DNA of 64,000 nt from Ilumatobacteraceae bacterium (GCA_037969115.1 JBBKWQ010000396.1:5422-69421), one strand, 5' to 3'; counted from the stretch's first letter, positions 46,934 to 56,454 are shown. The notes: a model not told the origin generated them from the letters alone. Made by a program: numbers and translations.

Positions 46934-48526
46934 TCATCTCGACGCTCTGGTCGGGCGGTCGAGTCGTGCGAGCACGACAGTTGCGCAGTTTCGACCGCTC
47001 GCCCCCCAGACGCCGGCTCCCGGAAAGGTCGCCGCTCCGGTCAGGAAGAGTCCGTCGACGTCGGTCTCGTAGTTGGTGAGCTCCGGATTCGGATTGCGAA
47101 ACGCAGCGAGCGGACCGCCGCCGAAGCTGGTGGCGTGGCCCTTGGGCAGGTGAAAGTCCCGCTCGTAGACGTCCGGCGTCATCGCACGGTACTCGACGAT
47201 CGAGTCGAGGAATCCGGGTTCGCACAGCGTGGCGAACTGCTCCAACCAGCGTTGCGGTTCTGATGAGTCCGGCCAGCCACCCAAGAGTGAATAGGGAGTG
47301 AAGAGCGCTTCGAGGCTGAAGACATGATGACCCGGACGAGTCGCAGGTGCCACGGACCGATCGATCAGGCTCGGAACGTTGACGAGGAGTCCGGGCTGGT
47401 CGAGTATTCGACCCTGTCGCATCAGGCGGTACCCGCGATCGATCGATGCCAGGTCGGGCGCTACCACGGCGGTGGCTGCCGGGCTCCCGCCGAGCGCGAG
47501 CAACGTCGGTGGTTCGGTGACGATGGCGTCGATCTTCGATTCGTAGCCCTCGTCGTGCGGTATTCGCCGCCACCGATCGACGAGTGCGGACGCCGCGGGC
47601 GGTGGCCGGGTGAGCCAAGTGAGGAACGTGTCGTGGGGGTTGCAAGCCGACACCACGATGGGAGCGAGGAACTCGCTGCCGTCATCGAGTCGGACGCCGC
47701 GCACTCTCGATCCCTCGCACAGGATCTCTTGCACCCTCGCGGACGTTCGAAGCCGGCCGCCGGCGAGTGAGAAGGCCGCCAGGATCGCACGGGGAAGGGC
47801 GCCGCTTCCACCGACAGGCCGGCCGACGTTGCCGACATGACGCATTGCGTGGGTGAGCGCGCCCAGGCCGCTGCGGGCGGACTCGGGGCTGATGCCCCAC
47901 ACCATCGGGCCGGTCACCACCGCCGGGCCGAGCAAGGCGTCTTCGCTGAAGAACGAGCGCAGTACATCGGCGGCGCTGCGGCGACTCCACTTCATGATGG
48001 TCGGCGCCCCGGCGAATCGGCGCCGGATCGCCAATCTGGTGAGACCGGCTGCGGTCGGTGGTTCGTTTGCGGCGTCGAGGATCATCTCGACCGCCGGGAT
48101 CGCAGCTCGCGCATAGCGACGATAACCATCGACCTCGTGTGGGTACGCCCGCCCGATCGAGTCGAGCGTGGTGTCCAGATCGTGTGAATGCGACCATGCC
48201 GGTCCGCCCGACCAGGCCAGGCTGTGTTGGGCGGGTTCGATGTCGACATAGGTGAGTCCGTGCTCGCCGAGGCTGAGTTCATCGAGCACCGGCGTCGTCC
48301 TGAACGTGATGTGATCGCAGTTGCAGATGTTGACCGTGGCTCCACCGAAGGTCTCGCTCGACGCGGTGCCGCCCACATCCGAGCGGGCTTCGAGCAAGAG
48401 GGTGCGCACACCCGCCCGGGCCAGATACGCAGCAGTGACGAGTCCGTTGTGGCCGGCACCGATCACGATCACGTCGACATCGGCGCCGTCTGACGAGTCA
48501 GTCGGTTGCGGATCGGTTTCGGTCAC
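46934..48526 (-). CDS. NAD(P)/FAD-dependent oxidoreductase, phytoene-desaturase (CrtI) family
   Basis: Dinucleotide-binding VDVIVIGAGHNGLVTAAYLARAG...LEARSDVGG and C-terminal GLFLTGAATFPGAGVWG. Confidence 0.8.
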   Translation of the reverse strand: MTETDPQPTDSSDGADVDVIVIGAGHNGLVTAAYLARAGVRTLLLEARSDVGGTASSETFGGATVNICNCDHITFRTTPVLDELSLGEHGLTYVDIEPAQHSLAWSGGPAWSHSHDLDTTLDSIGRAYPHEVDGYRRYARAAIPAVEMILDAANEPPTAAGLTRLAIRRRFAGAPTIMKWSRRSAADVLRSFFSEDALLGPAVVTGPMVWGISPESARSGLGALTHAMRHVGNVGRPVGGSGALPRAILAAFSLAGGRLRTSARVQEILCEGSRVRGVRLDDGSEFLAPIVVSACNPHDTFLTWLTRPPPAASALVDRWRRIPHDEGYESKIDAIVTEPPTLLALGGSPAATAVVAPDLASIDRGYRLMRQGRILDQPGLLVNVPSLIDRSVAPATRPGHHVFSLEALFTPYSLLGGWPDSSEPQRWLEQFATLCEPGFLDSIVEYRAMTPDVYERDFHLPKGHATSFGGGPLAAFRNPNPELTNYETDVDGLFLTGAATFPGAGVWGASGRNCATVVLARLDRPTRASR

Positions 48527-48558
48527 GCCTCATTGTTGCCCACCGGTAACGTCGCGTC

Positions 48559-49344
48559 GTGAATGTGAACAGCCGACATCTTGCAAACCTCCGCGCTCCA
48601 CAGATGGCGAACGCGTTGAGCGGGAGCAGCATCGTCGTCCAACCGCTCGGTGCGATCGAACAGCACGGACCTCACCTGCCATACAACACCGACCTGCTCA
48701 TCGCAACGTGTGTTGCGGATGCGGCGGTCGAGCGTGTGGGGGCCGATCTCGACGTGTGGCTGCTCCCAGCCCTCGCGTACACGAAGTCGAACGAACACGC
48801 CTGGTCCGCCGGCACGATCTGGCTCTCGGCCGACACCTTGCTCCGGGTGCTCGACGACATCGGGCGCTGCGTGGCGATGACGCCGGCGCGCAAACTCGTC
48901 TTCTTCAACGGTCACGGCGGCAACTCGGCGTTGGTGAGCGTCGCCAACCGGGAGATCCGGCTCCATCACGGCTTGTGTTCGTTCCTTGCGCACCCGGGTG
49001 TGCCACCCGATCAGGGCGGAGCATCAGCGGAGGGCGAGCACGGCATGGGTATCCACGGAGGTGCCGACGAGACGTCGATGATGCTGCATCTTGCGCCCGA
49101 GCTGGTCGACATGGCGAGTGCCACCCGCAACGTGCCGGAGCACCTGAAAAGCAATCGGTACGTGCGATTCGGCGGGGCAGTCGGCTTCGGCTGGCTCTCG
49201 AACGACTTCGGACCGGACGGTCACATCGGTGATCCCACGATGGCTTCGGCTGAGCGCGGAGCCGACCTGTTCGACGGCGCCGTCACAGCGTTTGCCGAAG
49301 CGCTCGGTGAGATCGCCGACTTCGAGTTCGGTTCTCACGCATGA
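48559..49344 (+). CDS. Creatininase-family amidohydrolase
   Basis: LGAIEQHGPHLPYNTD, FFNGHGGN and IHGGADETS are creatininase/MftE-type metal-ligand motifs. Confidence 0.8.
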   Translation: MNVNSRHLANLRAPQMANALSGSSIVVQPLGAIEQHGPHLPYNTDLLIATCVADAAVERVGADLDVWLLPALAYTKSNEHAWSAGTIWLSADTLLRVLDDIGRCVAMTPARKLVFFNGHGGNSALVSVANREIRLHHGLCSFLAHPGVPPDQGGASAEGEHGMGIHGGADETSMMLHLAPELVDMASATRNVPEHLKSNRYVRFGGAVGFGWLSNDFGPDGHIGDPTMASAERGADLFDGAVTAFAEALGEIADFEFGSHA

Positions 49345-49356
49345 GGCGTCGGTTCG

Positions 49357-50895
49357 ATGTCGGATGAGATCACGTTCTACGACGAGATCGAGGGGTACTG
49401 CGGTCGCCTGAGCTATCGATCCGGAGATGTGGTGGCGCTGCACGTCTCGACCCGGGCCGCACGATATGACGTTCGGGTCGAGCGATGGGGCCGCGAACGC
49501 GAGTTGGTGTGGAGCGCATCTGATCTCGCGGGAGAGTATGTGCCACCGCCTGCCGAAGCCGACGCGTCGGGCTGCGACTGGCCGACGTCGGTCGAGATCC
49601 CGGTCGCAGACGACTGGCGAGCCGGGTTCTACCTGATCACGCTCACGGCGAAAGACGGCGCACCAGGTCGCGACATCGCCCACGCCTGTTTTGCCGTCAG
49701 GCGCGCGGCGACGCCGCATCGCGCTGTGCTGGTGCTCGCCACCAACACTTGGAACGCCTACAACACGTGGGGAGGACGCAGTCTCTACACCGGCGGCGAC
49801 CAGGTGTCGTTTCGCCGCCCCTTCGGGCGGGGCATGTTGTGCCGCGACGAGGTCGAGCGTGACGATCGCAAGGCTCGACCGGTCCGGTGGGGAGAGGAAC
49901 CGGACGCCGACGGATCGATCTACCAGGCTTACCGGATGGCGCACGGCTATCCAGCCGGTATCGGTTCGAGCGGGTGGTTCTCGCACGAGCGCCGTTTCGT
50001 GGAGTGGGCCGAGTCGGCCGGTTTCGACTTCGACTACGCGGTCTCGTCGGACCTCGAGGTCTCGACATCGCTCGACGGGTATGAGCTCGTTTGTGTGGTG
50101 GGCCACGACGAATACTGGTCGGCCGCACAACGAGACACGGTGGAAGCGCACGTTCGCCGCGGAGGGAACCTGGCGAGCTTCTCCGGCAACACGATGTTCT
50201 GGCAGGTTCGGCTGGTCGACGATGGGGACCACATGGTGTGTCACAAGTACGCCGCTCATGAGGTCGATCCCGTCGTGCGTACGAATCCGGTGGAAATGAC
50301 GGGAATGTGGTGCGATCCCATGGTGGGGCGTCCGGAGTGGGAGCTCTTGGGCGCGGGGTCGGCCTTTGGCCTGTATCACCGTTTCGGCCAGGCCACACCG
50401 AGGGGTGTCGGCGGCTTCATCGTCTACCGTCCCGAGCATTGGATGCTCGCGGACACGGGTCTCGGCTACGGCGACGTGCTCGGGTCCGATGACGGCGTGG
50501 TGGGCTACGAGACGGTGGGGTGTCGGATCGGCTTCGACGAGTTCCAGCAACCGATCGCCGCAGCGGTCGCAGGCATGCCTCCAGACGTCGAGATCGTCGG
50601 GTTCGTGCCGTCCAGCAATCTCGCTGACGGTGAGTATCCGGCGTCGATTTCGGCTCTGAGCGATCAGGGCGACGCCGAGTTCGTCGCCGAACGCTTCTTC
50701 GGCGGCGTCACTCCCGAGAACCTCGCACGCGCTCGGCACGGCAATGCGGTGATGTTGACATGTCGACCCTTTGGGCGCGACGCCGGCGAGGTCGTCACTG
50801 TCGGCACCACCGACTGGGTGTTCGGCCTGGCCGGTGATCCCGCTGTCGCCAGGGTGACCGCCAACGTCGTGCAGCACCTGCTCGATCACAACTGA
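49357..50895 (+). CDS. N,N-dimethylformamidase beta-subunit-like (DUF6605-type) protein
   Basis: 512 aa. VLVLATNTWNAYNTWGGRSLY and the N-terminal beta-rich region resemble the DMFase large-subunit family. The assignment is from memory. Confidence 0.6.
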   Translation: MSDEITFYDEIEGYCGRLSYRSGDVVALHVSTRAARYDVRVERWGRERELVWSASDLAGEYVPPPAEADASGCDWPTSVEIPVADDWRAGFYLITLTAKDGAPGRDIAHACFAVRRAATPHRAVLVLATNTWNAYNTWGGRSLYTGGDQVSFRRPFGRGMLCRDEVERDDRKARPVRWGEEPDADGSIYQAYRMAHGYPAGIGSSGWFSHERRFVEWAESAGFDFDYAVSSDLEVSTSLDGYELVCVVGHDEYWSAAQRDTVEAHVRRGGNLASFSGNTMFWQVRLVDDGDHMVCHKYAAHEVDPVVRTNPVEMTGMWCDPMVGRPEWELLGAGSAFGLYHRFGQATPRGVGGFIVYRPEHWMLADTGLGYGDVLGSDDGVVGYETVGCRIGFDEFQQPIAAAVAGMPPDVEIVGFVPSSNLADGEYPASISALSDQGDAEFVAERFFGGVTPENLARARHGNAVMLTCRPFGRDAGEVVTVGTTDWVFGLAGDPAVARVTANVVQHLLDHN

Positions 50896-50939
50896 CCGGT
50901 GTCGGACGGGTTCGTAAAGATCCTGTTCAGGTTTCGACG

Positions 50940-53441
50940 TTGCCTGCCGATGAACTCTTGATGGAGGCGAGCGCTGATCAACAGCCGGTCGTGCGATGTG
51001 CGTTGTCCGGCCACCCGACGGTGGTCGAGGTGGTACGCATTGCGTCGGCGATGACACAGAGCAGCGCCGAGGTCGTCGTTTTCGAATCGGAGTGGGCGAT
51101 GGTCGTCGGGTCGCTGGGTGACCTCCTGCTGCAACCGCGTCCGCTTTCGCCACCCGAGTTGCTGTTGTTGCTCGACGGCGTCACCGGTCCGGTTTCCGAC
51201 GAGAACGGAACGAGTACCGCCATCCGGAGTCACGACGGCTCGATCGTCGGGGCCCTGTCGATCGGGCGAGTGGTCTCTGATGACGATGCCGAGACGCTCA
51301 GGGGCCTCAGCCGGATTTGTGGGTCGCTGTTGGCGACCGTCGGGCAGGAGGGGGATTGGCACGAGACCGTGCTCGAGAATCTTCGCGACGCCGTCATCGT
51401 GGTCGACTCGAATCTGCGCGTCACGTACGCCAACAATGCGATCGGCATCCAGTTGGGTCGAACGCCAGCCGAAGTGGTCGGTCTGAGTGTCGTCGAGATG
51501 GTTCACCCTGACGATGTGGCCGATGCGTTCGATGCGCTCGTCCGGCTCGGCAACGGTGCTGCGGTCTATCGTCTCGGCGTTCGTGTTCTGCACGGCGCGG
51601 GCGACTACATCCGCCTCGAAGTCACCGGTCGCGACCTCACCGGAGATCCTCGCGTCGCCGGCACGGTGCTCTCGTTGCGAAACGGGAATCATGCCCTCGA
51701 GCTGGAGGACACGCTGCAACGAACTCGGCAACTGTCGAACGCGGTCGTCGAGCAACTACACGACGGGATCATCGCGACCGACGCCGTCGGCTCGCTCTTG
51801 GTGCTGAATGACGCTGCCAAGGAAATTCTCGGCTTGGCGGACGGTACGGCCACGGCAGGGATGTCGATCGACGGGTTCGAGTTCCTCGACGCCGACGGTA
51901 CGCCGGTTGCCCGTCACCGCCACCCAATTCGGCGGGCGCTCGACGGCGAGAACATCGTTCGTGAACTCATGGCGGTCGATGTCGAGGGCCGAACACGCAA
52001 CGTCGTCGTGTCCGGCCGTCCGGTCAGTGACGTCGTCGGATTGACCATCGGTGCCGTGATCGGCTTCCACGACGTGACCGAATCGCGTCGAACCCAACGT
52101 GAACTCCAGCATCTTGCGGAACAGGACCAACTCACCGGATTGCCCAACCGTCGACGCCTCAAGGCGCGAGTTGCGGAGATTCTCGCAGCCGAATCCACTG
52201 GCGATCGACGTCCAGTCGCCGCCTGTCTGATCGACCTCGACCACTTCAAGGTCATCAACGACACGCACGGACACCGGATCGGCGATCAGGTCATCCGCAA
52301 GGCAGCCGAGCGGCTGGCCATGAATCGCCGCGACGGTGAGCTGCTCGTTCGTCTCGGCGGGGACGAGTTCGTGGTGCTGTCGAGAGATCACTTGATCGAG
52401 GACGTCCGCAGAGCTGCCGACGACATGCTTCGCCGGCTGTCGGTGCCGGTCGACGTCGACGGTCATCGGTTCGCCCTGACCTGCTCGATCGGAGTGGCCC
52501 ACCTGCAACTGGCAGACCTCGACGAGGACACGTTGCTCCGCTATGCCGATCTGGCGCTGTATGCCGCCAAGGCCGGCGGGCGCAACCGTGTCGTTGCATT
52601 CGACCACGAGCTGGCCGAGGTAGCGCGTACCGACGCGCTCCAGCGAGAGTTCCTCCAGCAGGCGCTCGAAGATCACAGCCTGGTGATGCACTTCCAGCCG
52701 CTCATCGACTCCTCGACCGACGAGATCGTCGGTTTCGAGTCGTTGGTTCGGTGTCGTACAGCGAGCGGCGGCCTCGTCGGTCCCGGGCAATTCCTGGAAG
52801 CCGCCGCGGGCTCAGGGCTGGTCTGGGAGCTCGACCGTCAAGCATTCGATCTGACCTGCTCGGCAGCGGCGCAACTCTTGTCGCACGACGGGAGCCTCAC
52901 GATCGCCTGCAACTTCTCGGCGTTGAGCATCGTCCAGCCGGACTTCATCGACCATGTCGATCGAGCATTGGCTCGTCACGATCTGCGGCCGTCGACGATC
53001 TGCATCGAGATCACCGAGAGCGCCGCACTCGAGGCCGGGCCAGCAGCGCTCGACGTCCTGAACGCCCTCCACGAACGAGGTGTCCGGCTGGCGCTCGACG
53101 ACTTCGGAACGGGGTACTCCTCGCTGTCGCATCTGCGCGACCTGCCGCTCGCGATCGTCAAGGTCGATCGAAGTTTCATCGCCCGGCTCGAGGCGGGTTC
53201 GTCCGAGTACTCGATCGCCAAGGCGATCGTGAATCTGGCGAACGATCTCGGACTCGGCGTGGTTGCCGAGGGCGTCGAAACAGCGGAACAGCTCGCGGCG
53301 GCGCAGGCCGTCGGGTTCAACGTGATTCAAGGGTGGCACTACTCGCCGGCGCGCAGCCTCGATGATCTGGTGGACATGTACTCGGCACGTTCCGGAGGGC
53401 GAGCTCGCATCCCGGCCGATTGGGCGCACGTCGCATCGTGA
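50940..53441 (+). CDS. Signalling protein: N-terminal sensory region + 2 PAS + GGDEF + EAL (c-di-GMP turnover)
   Basis: GGDEF at 52356-52370 (RLGGDEFVVL). EAL-domain motifs ESLVR (52737-52745), DDFGTGYSSLSHL, VKVDRSF, EGVET and QGWHYS. PAS-like blocks at aa ~140-400. The start is TTG 50940 or ATG 50961. Confidence 0.9.
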   Translation: MPADELLMEASADQQPVVRCALSGHPTVVEVVRIASAMTQSSAEVVVFESEWAMVVGSLGDLLLQPRPLSPPELLLLLDGVTGPVSDENGTSTAIRSHDGSIVGALSIGRVVSDDDAETLRGLSRICGSLLATVGQEGDWHETVLENLRDAVIVVDSNLRVTYANNAIGIQLGRTPAEVVGLSVVEMVHPDDVADAFDALVRLGNGAAVYRLGVRVLHGAGDYIRLEVTGRDLTGDPRVAGTVLSLRNGNHALELEDTLQRTRQLSNAVVEQLHDGIIATDAVGSLLVLNDAAKEILGLADGTATAGMSIDGFEFLDADGTPVARHRHPIRRALDGENIVRELMAVDVEGRTRNVVVSGRPVSDVVGLTIGAVIGFHDVTESRRTQRELQHLAEQDQLTGLPNRRRLKARVAEILAAESTGDRRPVAACLIDLDHFKVINDTHGHRIGDQVIRKAAERLAMNRRDGELLVRLGGDEFVVLSRDHLIEDVRRAADDMLRRLSVPVDVDGHRFALTCSIGVAHLQLADLDEDTLLRYADLALYAAKAGGRNRVVAFDHELAEVARTDALQREFLQQALEDHSLVMHFQPLIDSSTDEIVGFESLVRCRTASGGLVGPGQFLEAAAGSGLVWELDRQAFDLTCSAAAQLLSHDGSLTIACNFSALSIVQPDFIDHVDRALARHDLRPSTICIEITESAALEAGPAALDVLNALHERGVRLALDDFGTGYSSLSHLRDLPLAIVKVDRSFIARLEAGSSEYSIAKAIVNLANDLGLGVVAEGVETAEQLAAAQAVGFNVIQGWHYSPARSLDDLVDMYSARSGGRARIPADWAHVAS

Positions 53442-53444
53442 ACG

Positions 53445-53480
53445 CGAACGGGGCACCGGCATTGGCCGGTGCCCCGTTCG
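53445..53480. terminator. Perfect 16-bp GC-rich hairpin between convergent genes (bidirectional terminator candidate)
   Basis: 53445-53460 (cgaacggggcaccggc) pairs base-for-base with 53465-53480 (gccggtgccccgttcg) around loop ATTG. It begins 4 nt after the GGDEF-EAL stop. There is no U-tract on either strand. Confidence 0.6.
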
Positions 53481-53518
53481 GTTGCGGCGAGATCAGCGTG
53501 ATCTGCGCCGACGTTGCC

Positions 53519-54757
53519 TCAGAGCCCGATGCTCTCGTCGATGAACCGGTTGGTGACGACATCGTCGGCCGTCAGGCCCTCCTTGGGTGATTGACCGAGC
53601 GATTCGTAGACCGGGATGGCGATCTCGATCAGACCGTTGACCCGGTCGAGATCGAAGTTGCCGATCGTCCCGTCCGGCCCGTTCCCCATGAGCCCGTCGT
53701 TCACCATCGTCTCGACGGCGTAGTCAGCGACCCCGTCTGTGTAGACCCAACCGTTGTCGAAGACGCCAACGGCCTCGACGATGAGGGCGTTGGTCTCGGC
53801 CGGATCGGCCAGATAGTCGACCGCCGACTGCTGGATGATCGGCACGAGCTGCTCGAGGCAGGGTGCGTTCTCTTCGAGCTTGTCGGCCCGGATGGCCAGC
53901 GACTCGCCGTAGTTCTCCCAGCCTGCATCGTTGATGTAGGCGTAGGCGATCTCCTTGTTCCACGAGGGAACCTCGTTCGCGTACACGTACGGTTCGGCGG
54001 AACCGAAGCCCTGCTGTGCCGAGGCGCCCTGGTCGGCGACGAACAGTGCCGGAGTGCCGTCGTAGGAGCCGTCGACCTGATCAGCCGAGAGGATGCCGCT
54101 CTGGGTGAAGTAGTCCATGTAGGCAGCACCACCGAAGTAACGCACGAGGATGCCCTCAGTGCCGACATCGGCGATGGTCTTGACGTCGGGATAGGTGGCC
54201 GGATCCCACATGATCATCTGCGGGTTCTTCTCCATGCCCGACATCACGGCAACGGTCGGGAACTCTGCCGAGTTCTGGATGCCCTCGTCGGTGTAGACGA
54301 ACCCGAGCAGGATCTCGTCGTCGGTGTACAGCTGCGACGTGACGGTCACGAAGCCGATTGCCGGGCCTCCTGATCGGATGTCGATGTTCACACCGGTCTC
54401 AGCGCCACCGGCCACGAGTGGCCCGCTCACCGAGACGCTTCCCTTGTCGATCGTGGGGTCGTCGCCGACCATCTGGTACAGCCAACCGTGTTCGCCTTCG
54501 GGGTTCCAGTCGGTCTGCAACACAACGGTGGACGGGCAGACATCGGCCAGGCCGGCGGCGGTGTCGGGTTCCTCCTCGGCCATCACCTCGGTGGTGTCAG
54601 TGGGTTCTTCCTCCGCCATTGCCTCGGTGGTGTCGGTGGTCTCTTCCTCGGCCGTTGCCTCGGTGGTGTCGGTGGCGGCATCATCGCTGCCGCACGCTGC
54701 CAGTGTGATTGCGGCGACGACTGGAATTGCCAGCCAGCGCCCTCTACGGGTCTTCAT
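53519..54757 (-). CDS. ABC transporter substrate-binding lipoprotein, NitT/TauT (NMT1/SsuA-like) family
   Basis: Lipobox ITLAAC and an acidic Thr/Glu repeat linker. The mature domain sits in an operon with a NitT/TauT-type permease and ATPase. AGGAGA RBS upstream of the ATG. Confidence 0.7.
   Translation of the reverse strand: MKTRRGRWLAIPVVAAITLAACGSDDAATDTTEATAEEETTDTTEAMAEEEPTDTTEVMAEEEPDTAAGLADVCPSTVVLQTDWNPEGEHGWLYQMVGDDPTIDKGSVSVSGPLVAGGAETGVNIDIRSGGPAIGFVTVTSQLYTDDEILLGFVYTDEGIQNSAEFPTVAVMSGMEKNPQMIMWDPATYPDVKTIADVGTEGILVRYFGGAAYMDYFTQSGILSADQVDGSYDGTPALFVADQGASAQQGFGSAEPYVYANEVPSWNKEIAYAYINDAGWENYGESLAIRADKLEENAPCLEQLVPIIQQSAVDYLADPAETNALIVEAVGVFDNGWVYTDGVADYAVETMVNDGLMGNGPDGTIGNFDLDRVNGLIEIAIPVYESLGQSPKEGLTADDVVTNRFIDESIGL
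54567..54674. repeat. 3 x 36-bp in-frame tandem repeat inside the SBP gene
   Basis: Units 54567-54602, 54603-54638 and 54639-54674 differ at a few positions. They encode TDTTEATAEEET / TDTTEAMAEEEP / TDTTEVMAEEEP just after the lipobox. Confidence 0.9.
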
Positions 54758-54844
54758 GGTGTGTTTTCTCCTGGGTTTGGGTGTTCACGCTGGGTCGGGA
54801 GCCGAAGCTCGGTGGACGTAACGATCTCGATCGACGAACGTTGC

Positions 54845-55699
54845 TCAGGCCTGACGATTACTCTCGTGCCAGCGGCCGATGACGCGATTGCTGAGCCATC
54901 CGAAGAGCACGAACACGGCGATACCGAGCAACGATGACAACAACAACGCACCGTACGTGACCGGGTACAGGTTTCGCGAGCGGTACTGGTCCATGACGAT
55001 GCCAATACCTTTGCCGCCCTTGCGGAAGAACAGCTCCCCGACAACGGCACCGATCACCGACAAGCCCGCTGCGATGCGGAAACCGGTGAAGATGGCTGGC
55101 ATCGCGGCCGGGAACTGGAGCTTGATGAGCCGGGTCCAGCGGCTGGCGCCGTGCAGGGTGAACAGGTCGTGTTGACTTCGTTCGGCCGAGAGCAGTCCGA
55201 ACAACGTGTTCGACACGACGGGGAAGATCGAAATGATGACGCAGACGAAGATACGAGACGAGAACCCGAACCCGAAGATCGACCCGATGATGGGCACCAC
55301 CGCCAGGATCGGCACGGCCTGGGCCGCGATCAGGTATGGCCAGAATGCTCCCTCGAGGAACTTCGCCTGCGCCATGACCACGGCGATCGTCATCCCGATG
55401 GTGATCGAGATCGCCAGCCCCGCGAGCGACACGATCGTGGTCCACATCAGACCTCGGAACAACGCCTCCCGGGGGATGCTCTCGAAGAACGAGTCCTTGA
55501 TCACGCGATGCGGCTCGGTGATGAGGAAACTCGGTTTGTCGAAGAACGTCTCGAGCACCCAGTAGTGCATCGCGTACCACAGCCCGATGAAGACCACGAG
55601 GCCGATGATTGGGCCGACGACTGCGGTCAAACCCCGCTGCGTGCGACCGGGACGACCGACCGAGATCTGGTCGGCTGCGTCGGCCTGGACGGTGCTCAT
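54845..55699 (-). CDS. ABC transporter permease (NitT/TauT family)
   Basis: 284 aa from ATG 55699 (MSTVQADAADQ...), polytopic, with an ATGA overlap with the ATPase gene. The 487-aa ORF-track version is an Arg-rich upstream extension overlapping the ATPase gene. Confidence 0.85.
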   Translation of the reverse strand: MSTVQADAADQISVGRPGRTQRGLTAVVGPIIGLVVFIGLWYAMHYWVLETFFDKPSFLITEPHRVIKDSFFESIPREALFRGLMWTTIVSLAGLAISITIGMTIAVVMAQAKFLEGAFWPYLIAAQAVPILAVVPIIGSIFGFGFSSRIFVCVIISIFPVVSNTLFGLLSAERSQHDLFTLHGASRWTRLIKLQFPAAMPAIFTGFRIAAGLSVIGAVVGELFFRKGGKGIGIVMDQYRSRNLYPVTYGALLLSSLLGIAVFVLFGWLSNRVIGRWHESNRQA

Positions 55700-56454
55700 T
55701 CGTGGGCTCCTCGAAGCGCGTGACTGACTTGTCCGGCGAGTTCGGCGAACTGTGCGTCGAATCGTATATCGGGCAGGCGTGGATATTCGAAGGGCACCTG
55801 GAACTCGGCGACGATACGTCCTGGCCGAGCCGACATGACGAGCACTCGGGTTGACAGGAAGATCGCCTCGGCGAGGCTGTGCGTGATGAAGAGCGCTCCG
55901 AATCGTTTGCGTTGGAACAGGTCGAGCAGTTCGTCGTTCAGTCGTTCGCGGGTGATCTCGTCGAGCGCGCCGAATGGCTCGTCGAAGAGGAATACGTTCG
56001 GTTCGAGGACCAGCGAACGTGCCAGCGAGACGCGCATGCGCATGCCGCCCGACAGCTGCTTGGGATATTTCGTCTCGAATCCGGTGAGGCCGACGAGTTC
56101 GATGTTCTCGGCGGCTCGTGCGCGTCGCTCGGCGCCCGGAACTCCTTCGAGTTCGGCCAACAGCTCGACGTTTCGGCGAACGTTGCGCCACTGCAACAGC
56201 GTGGCGTCCTGGAACACGTAGCCGAGGCTGCGCTTGTCGACGTGCACGTCGCCGCCCGTGGGCGTGGTGAGGCCGGACGCCATCTTCAACAGCGTCGATT
56301 TGCCGCATCCCGACGGGCCGACGACGGAGACGAACTCGCCCGGTCGCACGTCGAACGACACGCGGTCGACCGCGTGGGTCCCGTCGGGGAACACCATCGA
56401 GATGGCATCGAAGACCAGCGCAGGTCGTTCGTTCGTACCTGTCGTCTGGTCCAT
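55696..56454 (-). CDS. ABC transporter ATP-binding protein (NitT/TauT family)
   Basis: Walker A GPSGCGKST, signature LSGGMRMR, Walker B VFLFDEPFGALD and H-loop ITHS. Confidence 0.9.
   Translation of the reverse strand: MDQTTGTNERPALVFDAISMVFPDGTHAVDRVSFDVRPGEFVSVVGPSGCGKSTLLKMASGLTTPTGGDVHVDKRSLGYVFQDATLLQWRNVRRNVELLAELEGVPGAERRARAAENIELVGLTGFETKYPKQLSGGMRMRVSLARSLVLEPNVFLFDEPFGALDEITRERLNDELLDLFQRKRFGALFITHSLAEAIFLSTRVLVMSARPGRIVAEFQVPFEYPRLPDIRFDAQFAELAGQVSHALRGAHE

Noticed and set aside
49024-51153. 709-aa minus-strand ORF spanning the creatininase/DMFase-like region
   Set aside because: Shadow ORF with Arg/His/Pro-rich composition. The plus-strand genes show family motifs.
52737-52745. 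EAL domain degenerate or inactive because the motif reads ESL
   Set aside because: The catalytic Glu is retained and the remaining phosphodiesterase motifs appear intact. Degeneracy cannot be concluded from this substitution alone.
54567-54674. CRISPR-like array
   Set aside because: The 36-bp units are directly adjacent with no spacers. They are in frame within a coding sequence and encode a repeated peptide. No cas genes are present in the window.
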